Part shown: positions 26,992 through 36,312 of the stretch, piece by piece
Numbering within the stretch: position 1 is the first letter of the stretch
Layout of the letters: each line of letters begins with the position of its first letter
Sequence record: NZ_CP093377.1
Direction: 5' to 3' (one strand)
Origin: a plasmid
DNA: 64,000 nucleotides
Notes under the pieces: model-generated
What the model was told of the DNA's origin: nothing
Databases searched by the model: none
What the model saw: the letters and a program-made list of their open reading frames with translations, nothing else
Program-made: the position numbers and the translations under genes

Positions 26992-27338
26992 TCTTTCTGC
27001 TTGTACTGTCCGGTATAACAGGGATCGCAGGTTGTGCGATTACAACAGCATGGTTACCGGTGAATCTGCGCTGGCAGGGAGTCCAGTGCGCGGTATTTAC
27101 CCTGATTATTCAGGGATGCATTCTTAAGGTCATACCACTCGACACGGACGGTAGCGGACTTTTGATTGCTGCCGGACTGATGCTTTCCCAGTGGTTCGCC
27201 CCCCTTATCGCCAGAGAGACAAGGAAATTGAGCGTGCATTTCAGGATACCTTCAGTGCCCGGTTATCTGCTGATGTACATCCTGTGCCTGGTGCTGATCG
27301 GTGCCAGCTGGTTTCCCATCTGGATGGTTTTGAGATGA
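26988..27338 (+). CDS. polytopic small membrane protein (first gene of the traW-traU insertion)
   Basis: 116 aa, 3-4 predicted transmembrane helices. ATGA overlap with the traW stop. Confidence 0.5.
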   Translation: MIFLLVLSGITGIAGCAITTAWLPVNLRWQGVQCAVFTLIIQGCILKVIPLDTDGSGLLIAAGLMLSQWFAPLIARETRKLSVHFRIPSVPGYLLMYILCLVLIGASWFPIWMVLR

Positions 27339-27353
27339 GATAATACCGGTTGC

Positions 27354-27707
27354 TTACCAGAAGCTTTTGAGAAGCAAAATAGTCAGCCCAAAAAATACAA
27401 CGGTGAAACAGATAGCAAGAATGAAATACGGAAAGCTGTGATGTGTGGAATCACTACCTGCTATCTGCCGCAGGTTTAAATCAGTAATTAAAGATGCCCA
27501 TGCGAGCACAAATCCGAAGCAAATAATCAACAATGCCAGGAAAACAAAACCAGCGACAGACGTCACCGGAATGCATGTTCTCGCGCCCGTGCTGAGAAGT
27601 GCAAACAAGGAGCTGGAGGCAATTAAATCCCTCACCAGATTTCGGGTTGCTTCAAGTTGATTATCAGTTGGCTGTATACGCCTGAGCCTGTCCATCATTT
27701 TCCCCAT
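27354..27707 (-). CDS. polytopic small membrane protein encoded antisense to the tra operon
   Basis: 117 aa, 3 predicted transmembrane helices. Convergent with the preceding ORF. Confidence 0.45.
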   Translation of the reverse strand: MGKMMDRLRRIQPTDNQLEATRNLVRDLIASSSLFALLSTGARTCIPVTSVAGFVFLALLIICFGFVLAWASLITDLNLRQIAGSDSTHHSFPYFILAICFTVVFFGLTILLLKSFW

Positions 27708-27783
27708 TCTTTCCGTTCCCGTGTTTTAGCCAGTCCGCAAGAATTCTGATGATGCACGGTAAAATACATTAAAGGTACTCAAA

Positions 27784-28176
27784 ATGACTGCAACAACGTT
27801 AGGTGACCTGTTTCCTGAAATGCGCCAGGCGGTCACTTCTCATCGCCGCTACGCCAGAAGACCTTGTAAACCAGCTGAAATATCTCCGCGTATGGGGACA
27901 GCAGAACGCCTGAAGACACTGTATCCGGAATTTGACTCCTGGCATCCGGTCCTTGTGACCAAAGCCTGGCTCCACTGGTGTGAGCAGAACCAGCAGGACA
28001 GCCGGGAGCCGTCGAAACGAGATGAACGTTTCCCGGACTACATCATTCACCTCTTACTGGAGAACATGCGGGCCGAGGACAGCGCGAAACGTAAAAAGGG
28101 CCCGACGCTGTCACTTTCCGGGCGTCTCGACAGGCTGTTTGCAGGCGAAGGGCAGGAGAACGCCGAATGTCACTGA
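27784..28176 (+). CDS. hypothetical protein, paralog A (YPEFDSWHP...AWLHWCEQN motif)
   Basis: 130 aa. Shares a ~55-aa domain with the next ORF. Confidence 0.5.
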   Translation: MTATTLGDLFPEMRQAVTSHRRYARRPCKPAEISPRMGTAERLKTLYPEFDSWHPVLVTKAWLHWCEQNQQDSREPSKRDERFPDYIIHLLLENMRAEDSAKRKKGPTLSLSGRLDRLFAGEGQENAECH

Positions 28177-28403
28177 GACACAATACTGGAACCAAAGGCA
28201 GTGAAGAGGAAGTGAATCGCCTCTGTCAGCTGTACCCTGAAATTGCATCATGGCAACCGGCACTGATCGCCGGTGCCTGGCATCAGTGGTGCGCTGAGAA
28301 CCCGCATCTGCCGGCGATGCCGGAAGTACGTGACGAGGCGTTTCCCCTGTACCTCGTCAGGCTTATCCGCAACAGAATGGAGGAGATGAACGCATGGCGT
28401 TAA
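28167..28403 (+). CDS. hypothetical protein, paralog B (YPEIASWQP...AWHQWCAEN motif)
   Basis: 78 aa. Start overlaps the stop of paralog A. Confidence 0.5.
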   Translation: MSLRHNTGTKGSEEEVNRLCQLYPEIASWQPALIAGAWHQWCAENPHLPAMPEVRDEAFPLYLVRLIRNRMEEMNAWR

Positions 28404-29425
28404 TCAGCTGTTTCACCGGCCCTCAGGGGCTGCAGGGTGTGCTCGCCTGTTTGCGCGATACTGAGGGCATGACCGGTATTCTGGTCGTGGTTGCGCTACT
28501 CGCTGGCTGGATTGTTGTTCAGTACGTGGCATGTGCACGGCGTGAACGTCTGGCGCGGGAGAGCAGACCGGGAATACCCGTCCCTCTGGCGCAATTTGGT
28601 AATGCCCGTCATGCAACTGCTGTGCATGACTTTGCTAACCGGAATTATTACCAGGTGATGCTGGCCGAGATGGAAAAAGCGCTGTTTTCGGCAGGCTATG
28701 AATTGACGCGGGATGCATCTCGCTGCACACGGCTGGCAAATACAGACAGTCGTGACATCAGCCGGAAAGTGACCCGAGTGCGCCACCGCTATATGACCCC
28801 GCTCATTTCAGAACAGATGCTGAATGACAGCATTGATGATGCCATGAAAAATGGTTCCGCAGCTGAATGGCTGAACCTGCTTATCCAGGGCAGTGAGCGG
28901 GAAGGGTGGTATATCACCCGGACCGCAGGGGCGGCAGGAGCTGTTCTGAGCGACAGGCAAAAATGTCGCTGGCCGCTCAGGCAGGTGATGATCACCCTGA
29001 AGTCAGACAGCCTCGTCATTACCCGTGATTTCGTTCAGGGGCTGAACGCAGCGGCCGACGCTGTAAGCAACATGGCGTTCCCCGACATGGCTGATGAACC
29101 CGACCTCAGCGCTGTGCCTGTGAACATCTGTGGACTTCAGGTGACACTGATGCGCCAGCTCTGCAGCACCCCGCCGGGATTTTTCCCGGATGAAAGCGGC
29201 AGCAGTGTACCGGACGAATTGTTCAGTCAGATGCCTGAGCTGAAGTATGGTGAGAAGCGTATTGTCGTCTTTGCGCAGATAACGTCAGCACCTGCGACAG
29301 ACGTTCTGGCCCGATTCATCATAACCGTCGGTGACCGTATTGCGGCAGGAGAGGAATATGCGGCTGATTACGATGATGACAACGGTTATGCCTTTATCTT
29401 CCAGCGGACCAGCAGACCCCGCTGA
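28394..29425 (+). CDS. hypothetical 343-aa protein with an N-terminal transmembrane anchor
   Basis: Start overlaps the previous stop. Transmembrane segment GILVVVALLAGWIVVQYV. No recognisable motif. Confidence 0.5.
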   Translation: MALISCFTGPQGLQGVLACLRDTEGMTGILVVVALLAGWIVVQYVACARRERLARESRPGIPVPLAQFGNARHATAVHDFANRNYYQVMLAEMEKALFSAGYELTRDASRCTRLANTDSRDISRKVTRVRHRYMTPLISEQMLNDSIDDAMKNGSAAEWLNLLIQGSEREGWYITRTAGAAGAVLSDRQKCRWPLRQVMITLKSDSLVITRDFVQGLNAAADAVSNMAFPDMADEPDLSAVPVNICGLQVTLMRQLCSTPPGFFPDESGSSVPDELFSQMPELKYGEKRIVVFAQITSAPATDVLARFIITVGDRIAAGEEYAADYDDDNGYAFIFQRTSRPR

Positions 29426-29529
29426 TTCAACCGCGCTGCCCTTCAGGATGTTCGGTGCTCACTGCGTTGCGCTCCGCCTCAGCCTGAATGTCATCCCGGT
29501 TTCCGATTAACCCCCGACCAGGTAACGCC

Positions 29530-29745
29530 ATGAAAAAAGACCCTGATACTGAAAAGGGCCGGCATGTTACAGCCGTTCGTCATGATGAAAAATCGGCATT
29601 ACGGCTCAATGCCATTCTTGCAGAGAATCCCCTTTATTATCCCTCGCTCGTCTTACGGGCTGGCCTGCTGGCCCTTGAGAACATGAGCAAAGAACAACGG
29701 CTGACGATCGTCATGAAAGCCGCGACTAAGCCCGAAACACACTGA
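29530..29745 (+). CDS. small ribbon-helix-helix-like protein
   Basis: 71 aa from MKKDPDT. Beta strand plus two helices pattern (HVTAVRHDEKSALRLNAILAEN...SLVLRAGLLALE). Confidence 0.4.
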   Translation: MKKDPDTEKGRHVTAVRHDEKSALRLNAILAENPLYYPSLVLRAGLLALENMSKEQRLTIVMKAATKPETH

Positions 29746-29806
29746 CCTTTCTGTTTTAACTGGCCCTCCCGCCGTCCGGTGGCTGCGGCACACCCGGAGA
29801 TACCCC

Positions 29807-30130
29807 ATGACACACCCTGAATATATCGGGCCGGTGACGGTTACCCGTGACCGCAACGGTTTCTGGACGCACCCACGCTATTTTACCCCCGCCAGTGATG
29901 AGGCCGGGCAGTCAGAATTCGGCGACTGGATGCGACTGCACAACCTGACCTGCGCCATCCGCTGGATGGAAAATGATGCGCCTCCGCAGGTGATCGCCGC
30001 CTGGGAAAATGGCGTAGCCGACATCAACGACTGGCAGCCCTCGGCGCCTGCGGGTGATGGCTGGTTCATTGGCTCCATTCATGACACTGAGGACGGCCCG
30101 GTCTGTGTGTGGCTCCGGGAGGTGAAATGA
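29807..30130 (+). CDS. hypothetical protein translationally coupled to traU
   Basis: 107 aa. Its stop overlaps the traU ATG (ATGA). Confidence 0.5.
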   Translation: MTHPEYIGPVTVTRDRNGFWTHPRYFTPASDEAGQSEFGDWMRLHNLTCAIRWMENDAPPQVIAAWENGVADINDWQPSAPAGDGWFIGSIHDTEDGPVCVWLREVK

Positions 30131-31125
30131 AGCGCTATTCATGGCTGGCCGGTGTGTTGCTGGTTATGTTGTCCTGGATGCCCGCGCAGGAAACGGCAGC
30201 AGCCAGTAACGCCGGTGACGGACGCTGGGTGAATCCCATCACTGACGTCTGCTGGAAATGCCTGTTTCCGATGACGCTCGGTAATATCCAGCTGGCTTCC
30301 GGGCCTCAGAAAGACACAACCAACCCGTCTTCACCCATCCAGATTTGCCCGGTGGGGATTCTGTACCGCATCGGTCTGGCCATCGGATTCTGGGAGCCGA
30401 TGGCGATGGTGGACGTGACCCGTGAGCCGGGCGTCATGGTTAACATGGGCGGCTTTAAAATCGATCTCGGACGAACGGGAACGGGAACCGCAGGGCAGAG
30501 TGACCGGCCCGCTGCCGGCGCGTTCTACCACGTCCACTGGTATAAGTACCCTCTCATTTTCTGGCTGAACATCATCACCAGTCTGGGCTGTCTGCAGACC
30601 GGCGACATGGATATCGCCTATCTTTCCGAAGTCGATCCTCTCTGGAATGACAGCACGCTCTCAATGCTGATTAACCCCGAGGCAGCACTGTTCGGCAACC
30701 TGATAGCTCAGGGCGCGTGCGCAGCTGATGCCGCCGCCGCGTCAGCGGGCCTGCCGCTCTCGCCGTTGTTCTGGTGTGCAGGGAGTCAGGGGGCGATGTA
30801 CCCGCTGACGGGCTATACCAGTGGTGAGTTTTCTCCGCTGGAGGCCTCATTGCTCGTCGGCGAGCGAATGGCGTTCAAGATGCACCGGGAAGGACTGGTC
30901 TGGAATTCTATTGGTGCAGATAACGCCGTCTGCAACCAGTATCCTTCACCCATCCTTCCCAAGGAACGATGGCGATATCAGATGGTGAACATGTATCCCG
31001 AGACGAACAACTGTCATCCCTTCGGGGCCAGTACGCAGCTGTGGGGTACAAAGCACAATTCCCCGTCCTCCAAAAAGAACTTCGGCTATCTCTTCTGGCG
31101 CAAACGTAACTGCGTCTTCCTCTAA
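30127..31125 (+). CDS. traU: TraU
   Basis: Signal peptide. Motifs WVNPITDVCWKCLFPMTLG and conserved Cys pattern as F TraU. Confidence 0.9.
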   Translation: MKRYSWLAGVLLVMLSWMPAQETAAASNAGDGRWVNPITDVCWKCLFPMTLGNIQLASGPQKDTTNPSSPIQICPVGILYRIGLAIGFWEPMAMVDVTREPGVMVNMGGFKIDLGRTGTGTAGQSDRPAAGAFYHVHWYKYPLIFWLNIITSLGCLQTGDMDIAYLSEVDPLWNDSTLSMLINPEAALFGNLIAQGACAADAAAASAGLPLSPLFWCAGSQGAMYPLTGYTSGEFSPLEASLLVGERMAFKMHREGLVWNSIGADNAVCNQYPSPILPKERWRYQMVNMYPETNNCHPFGASTQLWGTKHNSPSSKKNFGYLFWRKRNCVFL

Positions 31126-31135
31126 GGACATGACA

Positions 31136-31759
31136 ATGAAAAACGCTTATCTCCGGGCGCTGACGATCGGCGTCCTGATTGCTTTCGCACCAATGGTCGT
31201 GGCGAGCGCCCAGACTGATATTTCCGTCACTGACCACAGCTGGATCAAAGGTCAGCAGGACGCACTGGCGGCTATGAAGGACGATCTGCAAAGCCAGTCT
31301 GCCGGTTCATACGTGATACCGCAGGCGCAGCAGGATCTTATTACCCGACTACAGGGAAATATAGCGGCTCAGACCACCACGATGGGGGAAAAAGACACCT
31401 TCCCGGCGATTTACTTTGTAAGCCTCGGCATACCTCGCGAAGGCCTGCTGCCGATGCTGAAGGACGCCCGCCGTTACAACATACCGCCAACGCTGCGTGG
31501 CCTCGTCAATAACGACATGCGCCAGACTGCGGCAGCTATGTTTGAGCTGAGTAAGGAGGACAGGGACGCCGGCGTGCAAATCGATCCGACGCTGTTCACT
31601 CAGTACAACATCACCACGGTACCTGCCCTGGTGGTGACCTGTCCTGGCCACCATGACGTTATCCGGGGAAGCCTGCCCCTGAAACAGGCCCTTGAGAAAG
31701 TGGCTGAAAGCGGCGAGTGCGCGGCAACGGCACGCCATCTCCTGGAGGCCGCCCAATGA
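31136..31759 (+). CDS. trbC: TrbC
   Basis: About 207 aa with signal peptide. Position as F trbC. Confidence 0.8.
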   Translation: MKNAYLRALTIGVLIAFAPMVVASAQTDISVTDHSWIKGQQDALAAMKDDLQSQSAGSYVIPQAQQDLITRLQGNIAAQTTTMGEKDTFPAIYFVSLGIPREGLLPMLKDARRYNIPPTLRGLVNNDMRQTAAAMFELSKEDRDAGVQIDPTLFTQYNITTVPALVVTCPGHHDVIRGSLPLKQALEKVAESGECAATARHLLEAAQ

Positions 31760-33561
31760 TAAAAATGCTTTCAACTGCGCTGTTGCTGTTCCCGCTTTTC
31801 GCTGTCGCCGCTGATCCTGCCTTTGAGGCGGGTGCGAGTTTTGGTAAGGGTAACGCTGCCGCAGGAACCGGTGCTCTGAAAAATCCCGGCGCGGTCACCG
31901 GAGCGATACCGGGCTATACCGCGAACCCACCGGAAAAGGGGTATTACGGTGGTGTAAACGGGGGCGATGGCGGTCTGGCGGGAAAAGGACAGGCTGCCCT
32001 GCAGGGCAATGACGCGGCACAGTCGGTGATCAGTTCCGGCACCAAAAACCCGACCCCAGCGATTGATCCGAATGCGCCCTTTATCACTATTGGTAAAAAT
32101 GCGGAGGGTACGGCAGACGGGATCATGGATGGCAGCAGCCAGCAGTGTAAGGAAACGACTGTATCCAAATCCACCTTTGAGAAGTTCACCTGTGAGCGTG
32201 ATGCCTGGATTGAACAGAGCTGTACGCGTAGCGGCGTTCCTGGCGGTGCCATGAGTAAGCCTGTCGTAACAAGCGAAGAGGTCAGAATAAAAGTGCAGAC
32301 CGGTGGCCGAAAGTTAACGGTCACTATTCCTGAAACTATGGAAATAAACAAAGCCACGCTGTATTTCGGTAGCAATGAAAAAGGCGTTGATCAGTGGGGG
32401 ATGGAAGGTACTTTCATCAATACGAGACTCAAAATACAGAGGAACGTAAATATGCCTCTGAATTTGACCGGAGCAGTTGAGGCAGGGCAGGTCTTTACAT
32501 CCACAACTTTCTGTCCGGACATCTGTACTGGTTATACAAAGGATGCGACAGCAGATCTGATGAATGAAGCTGACGTCGTACTCATCCTTAACGTGACGAC
32601 CACCAAAATGGATTTTGAACCCTCTGTTGGCTGGTCCGAAGCATGCTCTGTCAATAAAGACAAAGCAGTGAAAACCGGCTCCGTCTGCACTTCGCCCGGA
32701 GGTAGCCGACCAGTCACGGTCGATGGCAACATCTACCAGGTAACCAGTGACTGCTGGCAATACACCGATCAGTATCTGGTCCCGTCAGGCTCAAACGGGA
32801 CGTGCGGCAGTTTGATGCAAAACCCCGCCTGTACCGTGAACGGTACAGCCTGTCAGAAAAAAAATGGTAGCTACTGCGAGCATGAGACTGTCAGCTATGA
32901 GTGCCAGAAAGTGTGGTCTTCATCGGGGCTTGTCTGTGGGGGCACCTATTTCTGCAAATCAGGTGACTGTACTGAAACCGACGGCGCGGGGGATAACGGT
33001 TTCGATACTGCCGTTGCAAAACTGGCAGGTCTTGCCTCTGCCGCAGAAGATGTGAAGGAAGATCAGATTAACGTACGTGCCTTTACCGGCGAAGTGATGA
33101 GCTGCCGAAAAGCTGTAGCTGGCTTTTCTAACTGCTGTAAAGACAGCGGCTGGGGTGCAGATGCGGGGCTTCAGCAGTGTAACAGCAAAGAAATGGCGCT
33201 GGGCAAAGCGAAAGCCAAAAAAGTGACGGTTAGCATTGGCGAAAAATGTGACCACAAAGCGCTTGGCGTTTGCATTCAGAAAAGTCAGGTTTACTGCGTT
33301 TTCCAGGGCAAGCTGGCGCGCATTATTCAGGAGCAGGGGCGGCGCGATCAGCTTCATGTGGGCTTTGGCAGCGGTGACAACCCGGACTGCAGGGGGATAA
33401 CGGTTCCGGAGTTACAGAGTATCGACTTCGACAAAATCAACTTCTCTGACTTCTACGAGGATTTGATGAAGAACCAGAAAATCCCCGATACCAGCGCGCA
33501 GGTCAGGCAGATTAAGGATCGCATCGCCGCGCAGGTGAACCAGCAGGGAGGCGGCAAATGA
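31756..33561 (+). CDS. traN: TraN (Cys-rich outer-membrane mating-pair stabilisation protein)
   Basis: 601 aa with signal peptide and many conserved Cys in the C-terminal half. Confidence 0.9.
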   Translation: MIKMLSTALLLFPLFAVAADPAFEAGASFGKGNAAAGTGALKNPGAVTGAIPGYTANPPEKGYYGGVNGGDGGLAGKGQAALQGNDAAQSVISSGTKNPTPAIDPNAPFITIGKNAEGTADGIMDGSSQQCKETTVSKSTFEKFTCERDAWIEQSCTRSGVPGGAMSKPVVTSEEVRIKVQTGGRKLTVTIPETMEINKATLYFGSNEKGVDQWGMEGTFINTRLKIQRNVNMPLNLTGAVEAGQVFTSTTFCPDICTGYTKDATADLMNEADVVLILNVTTTKMDFEPSVGWSEACSVNKDKAVKTGSVCTSPGGSRPVTVDGNIYQVTSDCWQYTDQYLVPSGSNGTCGSLMQNPACTVNGTACQKKNGSYCEHETVSYECQKVWSSSGLVCGGTYFCKSGDCTETDGAGDNGFDTAVAKLAGLASAAEDVKEDQINVRAFTGEVMSCRKAVAGFSNCCKDSGWGADAGLQQCNSKEMALGKAKAKKVTVSIGEKCDHKALGVCIQKSQVYCVFQGKLARIIQEQGRRDQLHVGFGSGDNPDCRGITVPELQSIDFDKINFSDFYEDLMKNQKIPDTSAQVRQIKDRIAAQVNQQGGGK

Positions 33562-34340
33562 AGCGCGTCCTCTGTGGCCTGCTTATGGCGCTGGCGAGCC
33601 ATACGGCACTGGCCGAGGAGATTGTGACGCCGGCTGAGCCGTTCACCGGCTGGTCCTGGTACAACGAACCGAAGAAGCCCCCTGAGCAGCCCCGAAAACC
33701 GCAGCAGCCTGCACCACAGGCCATCCCGGATCTCAGCAAAATGTCCCCGATGGAGCAGGCCAGAGTACTGAAAGGGTATACACAGGAGGCGCTTAACCGC
33801 GCCATTCTGTACCCTTCGCGGGAAAATACGGCGACGTTCCTGCGCTGGCAGAAGTTCTGGACGGACCGGGCATCGATGTTCAGCCAGTCCTTTGCGGCGG
33901 CGCAACTGAGCCATCCTGATCTCGATTACAACCTGGAGTATCCGCACTACAACAGCATGGCGCCGTTTATGCAGACCCGCGACCAGCAGACGCGGCAGAG
34001 CGCCGTGGAGCAGCTGGCGCAGCAGTATGGCCTGTTCTACTTCTACCGGGGCAGTGACCCGATTGATGTGCAGATGGCGGGCGTGGTGGCTGACTTTGCG
34101 AAAACCAACGGGATTTCACTCATTCCGGTCTCGGTTGACGGACAGGTGGCGGCCACCCTGCCACAAAGTCGTCCGGACACCGGACAGTCCCGGTCGATGA
34201 ATATCACGCACTTTCCGGCGCTCTTCCTGGTTGACCCGCGCAACCAGAACTACCGTGCCCTGTCCTATGGCTTCATGACCCTGGATGACCTGTCGAAGCG
34301 ATTCCTGAATGTGGCCACTGGCTTTAAACCCAATTCCTGA
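33558..34340 (+). CDS. traF: TraF (thioredoxin-fold pilus assembly protein)
   Basis: Alignable with F TraF (WSWYNEP, ILYP, LDYNLEYPHYN, FYFYRGSDPID, SLIPVSVDG, HFPALFLVDP). Confidence 0.9.
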   Translation: MKRVLCGLLMALASHTALAEEIVTPAEPFTGWSWYNEPKKPPEQPRKPQQPAPQAIPDLSKMSPMEQARVLKGYTQEALNRAILYPSRENTATFLRWQKFWTDRASMFSQSFAAAQLSHPDLDYNLEYPHYNSMAPFMQTRDQQTRQSAVEQLAQQYGLFYFYRGSDPIDVQMAGVVADFAKTNGISLIPVSVDGQVAATLPQSRPDTGQSRSMNITHFPALFLVDPRNQNYRALSYGFMTLDDLSKRFLNVATGFKPNS

Positions 34341-34349
34341 GAGTCTCTT

Positions 34350-34817
34350 ATGACAAAGATGCTTTTACCCCTCATCCGTGATGCAGGGCGTTTCGCCCTG
34401 TACACACTTGTCTTCGGCCCGGCGCTGTTGCTGTACGGTATTGTGATAGCCATTTCGCTTGAAGGCTCGCTGGCGGGGCAGTTTGTGAAAGAGGCGCAGA
34501 CGCTAACCGAAGGCGCGCCCGCCGGTAAGGTAATGCAGTGCATTACGCATTATGAACCGGCACCACAATCCCGGCTACCTGAGCCCGGCGAGGACGCAAG
34601 CCCCCCTCCTTATGAGTTCCCGCCGGTACAGTTTTGCCATCGTGAACCGGTTGACAGCGATCTCTGGATAAAGCCGATGAATGCAACGCTGCTCAACCTC
34701 TGGCTGACGGGCGCGCTGTTCGGCGCGGCTGTGGCTTTTCTGGCTCATCTTTATATTCATCGTTCAGCCACCTCACGGCAGATGTCGGGGGGATGGCAAA
34801 AGGAGAAACACGAATGA
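34350..34817 (+). CDS. membrane protein in the trbA position
   Basis: 155 aa with 3 transmembrane segments. Confidence 0.5.
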   Translation: MTKMLLPLIRDAGRFALYTLVFGPALLLYGIVIAISLEGSLAGQFVKEAQTLTEGAPAGKVMQCITHYEPAPQSRLPEPGEDASPPPYEFPPVQFCHREPVDSDLWIKPMNATLLNLWLTGALFGAAVAFLAHLYIHRSATSRQMSGGWQKEKHE

Positions 34818-35032
34818 AACCCACTATTCTCGCAGGACTGATTTTCTGGGGCACGATGGCGCGCGTACTGAGCGAGCTGATGACCTGGTCGGTTGAGCAT
34901 ACGCAGCAGGGGCTCTTATGGCTGTGCAATGGGATGTGGGCCGGTGCGGCTGGCATGGTGGTGTATGCCGTGTATCGCTGGTTCCGTGACGAAAGAGGGC
35001 AAACGCATAAGGAAGGCGACCATGAACATTAA
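34814..35032 (+). CDS. traQ: TraQ (pilin chaperone)
   Basis: 72-aa membrane protein. C-terminal ...EGDHEH resembles F TraQ ...EGGHVSH. Confidence 0.6.
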   Translation: MKPTILAGLIFWGTMARVLSELMTWSVEHTQQGLLWLCNGMWAGAAGMVVYAVYRWFRDERGQTHKEGDHEH

Positions 35033-35630
35033 AACCGGACTCACGGCTCTGCTGATGTGCCTGCCCCTGCTGGCGAACGCCGGCGCGCGCGAGGAGTTAA
35101 TGGCGCTTGAAGCGACAAAAATGGCCTCTGCTGACGCTGCAGCCGTCGCCGCCTCCACCATTCCGGTACCTGCGCCAGCCAGCCTGATGGCGCTGCCGGA
35201 CGGACGTCGGGCTAACATGAAAGATTATGCCGTGGTGCTCTTTATGCAGGCACACTGTCAGTACAGCGCGAAGTTTGACCCGCTGCTGAAGGGCTGGGCT
35301 GATGAGCATGCTGTCAGGGTTTACCCGTACACCCTGGACGGCGGCGGTGATGTGTCTTATCCGACGCCGATGATCCCGCGCAGGACCGATCCGAATTCTC
35401 CCATTGCAGACGAGATTGTGACCTTCTTCGGAAACGGGCTGCCGATTGCGACACCGACGGCCTTTATGGTCAACGTCAACACCCTGAAAGCCTACCCGCT
35501 GACTCAGGGTGTGATGGACATCCCTGCACTTGAGAGCCGGATGGCCAGCCTGATTCAGGCTGACATGGACAACGTCGATCCGAAAACGCTGCCGCCCATG
35601 CCGGCAAGCGCGCAGGTCACCCCTCAGTAA
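35022..35630 (+). CDS. trbB: TrbB-like periplasmic thioredoxin-fold protein with a CQYS (CxxS) site
   Basis: Signal peptide. Only one Cys outside the signal peptide (MQAHCQYS). Confidence 0.65.
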   Translation: MNIKTGLTALLMCLPLLANAGAREELMALEATKMASADAAAVAASTIPVPAPASLMALPDGRRANMKDYAVVLFMQAHCQYSAKFDPLLKGWADEHAVRVYPYTLDGGGDVSYPTPMIPRRTDPNSPIADEIVTFFGNGLPIATPTAFMVNVNTLKAYPLTQGVMDIPALESRMASLIQADMDNVDPKTLPPMPASAQVTPQ

Positions 35631-35647
35631 TACAAACGGACTACAAA

Positions 35648-35911
35648 ATGACGACAAATACGTATGCGTTATCGCGTACCGAGCGCGTGTGGCTGTTATT
35701 CAGCGTGACGCTGCTTGTGTCCGCAGCGTTCTATGGGGTGCTGGCCCACCGGGTGGTCAGCGTCATGGATCGCCCTGAACTGACAACCTGTCTGCAGGAC
35801 TTTCCGGTGCTCCTGCTGATATCACTGAGCATCGGCTTCTTTTTCACCGTCACCGGGCTGTACGTCTGTCGTCAGACCCTGGCCAGGAAACCCCGGGAGG
35901 AGATTGCATGA
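35648..35911 (+). CDS. trbJ: TrbJ
   Basis: 87-aa membrane protein in the conserved position. Confidence 0.6.
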   Translation: MTTNTYALSRTERVWLLFSVTLLVSAAFYGVLAHRVVSVMDRPELTTCLQDFPVLLLISLSIGFFFTVTGLYVCRQTLARKPREEIA

Positions 35912-36312
35912 GGTACATCAGACTGAAGACGTTTATCCGAAACCAGGCTATCGGGATACTGAAAGACAGTAGTGAGGTTACGGAAACCCAAAAATGGACT
36001 GACCTGTTAACGCTGAAACTGTTTTATGCCTTCATTTTTACCGCCGTAGTCGAAAGGGTATACGTGACGTGCGCCATCACAACGCTCAGTGCGATGTCCG
36101 TTGACCGCGCCGAACAGTTCACGCTCTCGCTTCTCATCCACTATCCGCAGTACCTGTTGTGGGGCGTTATGGCCGCGATTATCGCGCTCATTGCGGTGAA
36201 TTTACTCGTCTGCAGCTGGCTCTGTCTGGCCAGATATCTTTGCCGCAAAATTAACCGCGCTGACAGCCCGGCAGGCAAGAATACGCAAGCTGTGGAGGTG
36301 CCTAATGATTAA
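35908..36312 (+). CDS. trbF: TrbF
   Basis: 134-aa membrane protein in the conserved position. Confidence 0.6.
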   Translation: MRYIRLKTFIRNQAIGILKDSSEVTETQKWTDLLTLKLFYAFIFTAVVERVYVTCAITTLSAMSVDRAEQFTLSLLIHYPQYLLWGVMAAIIALIAVNLLVCSWLCLARYLCRKINRADSPAGKNTQAVEVPND

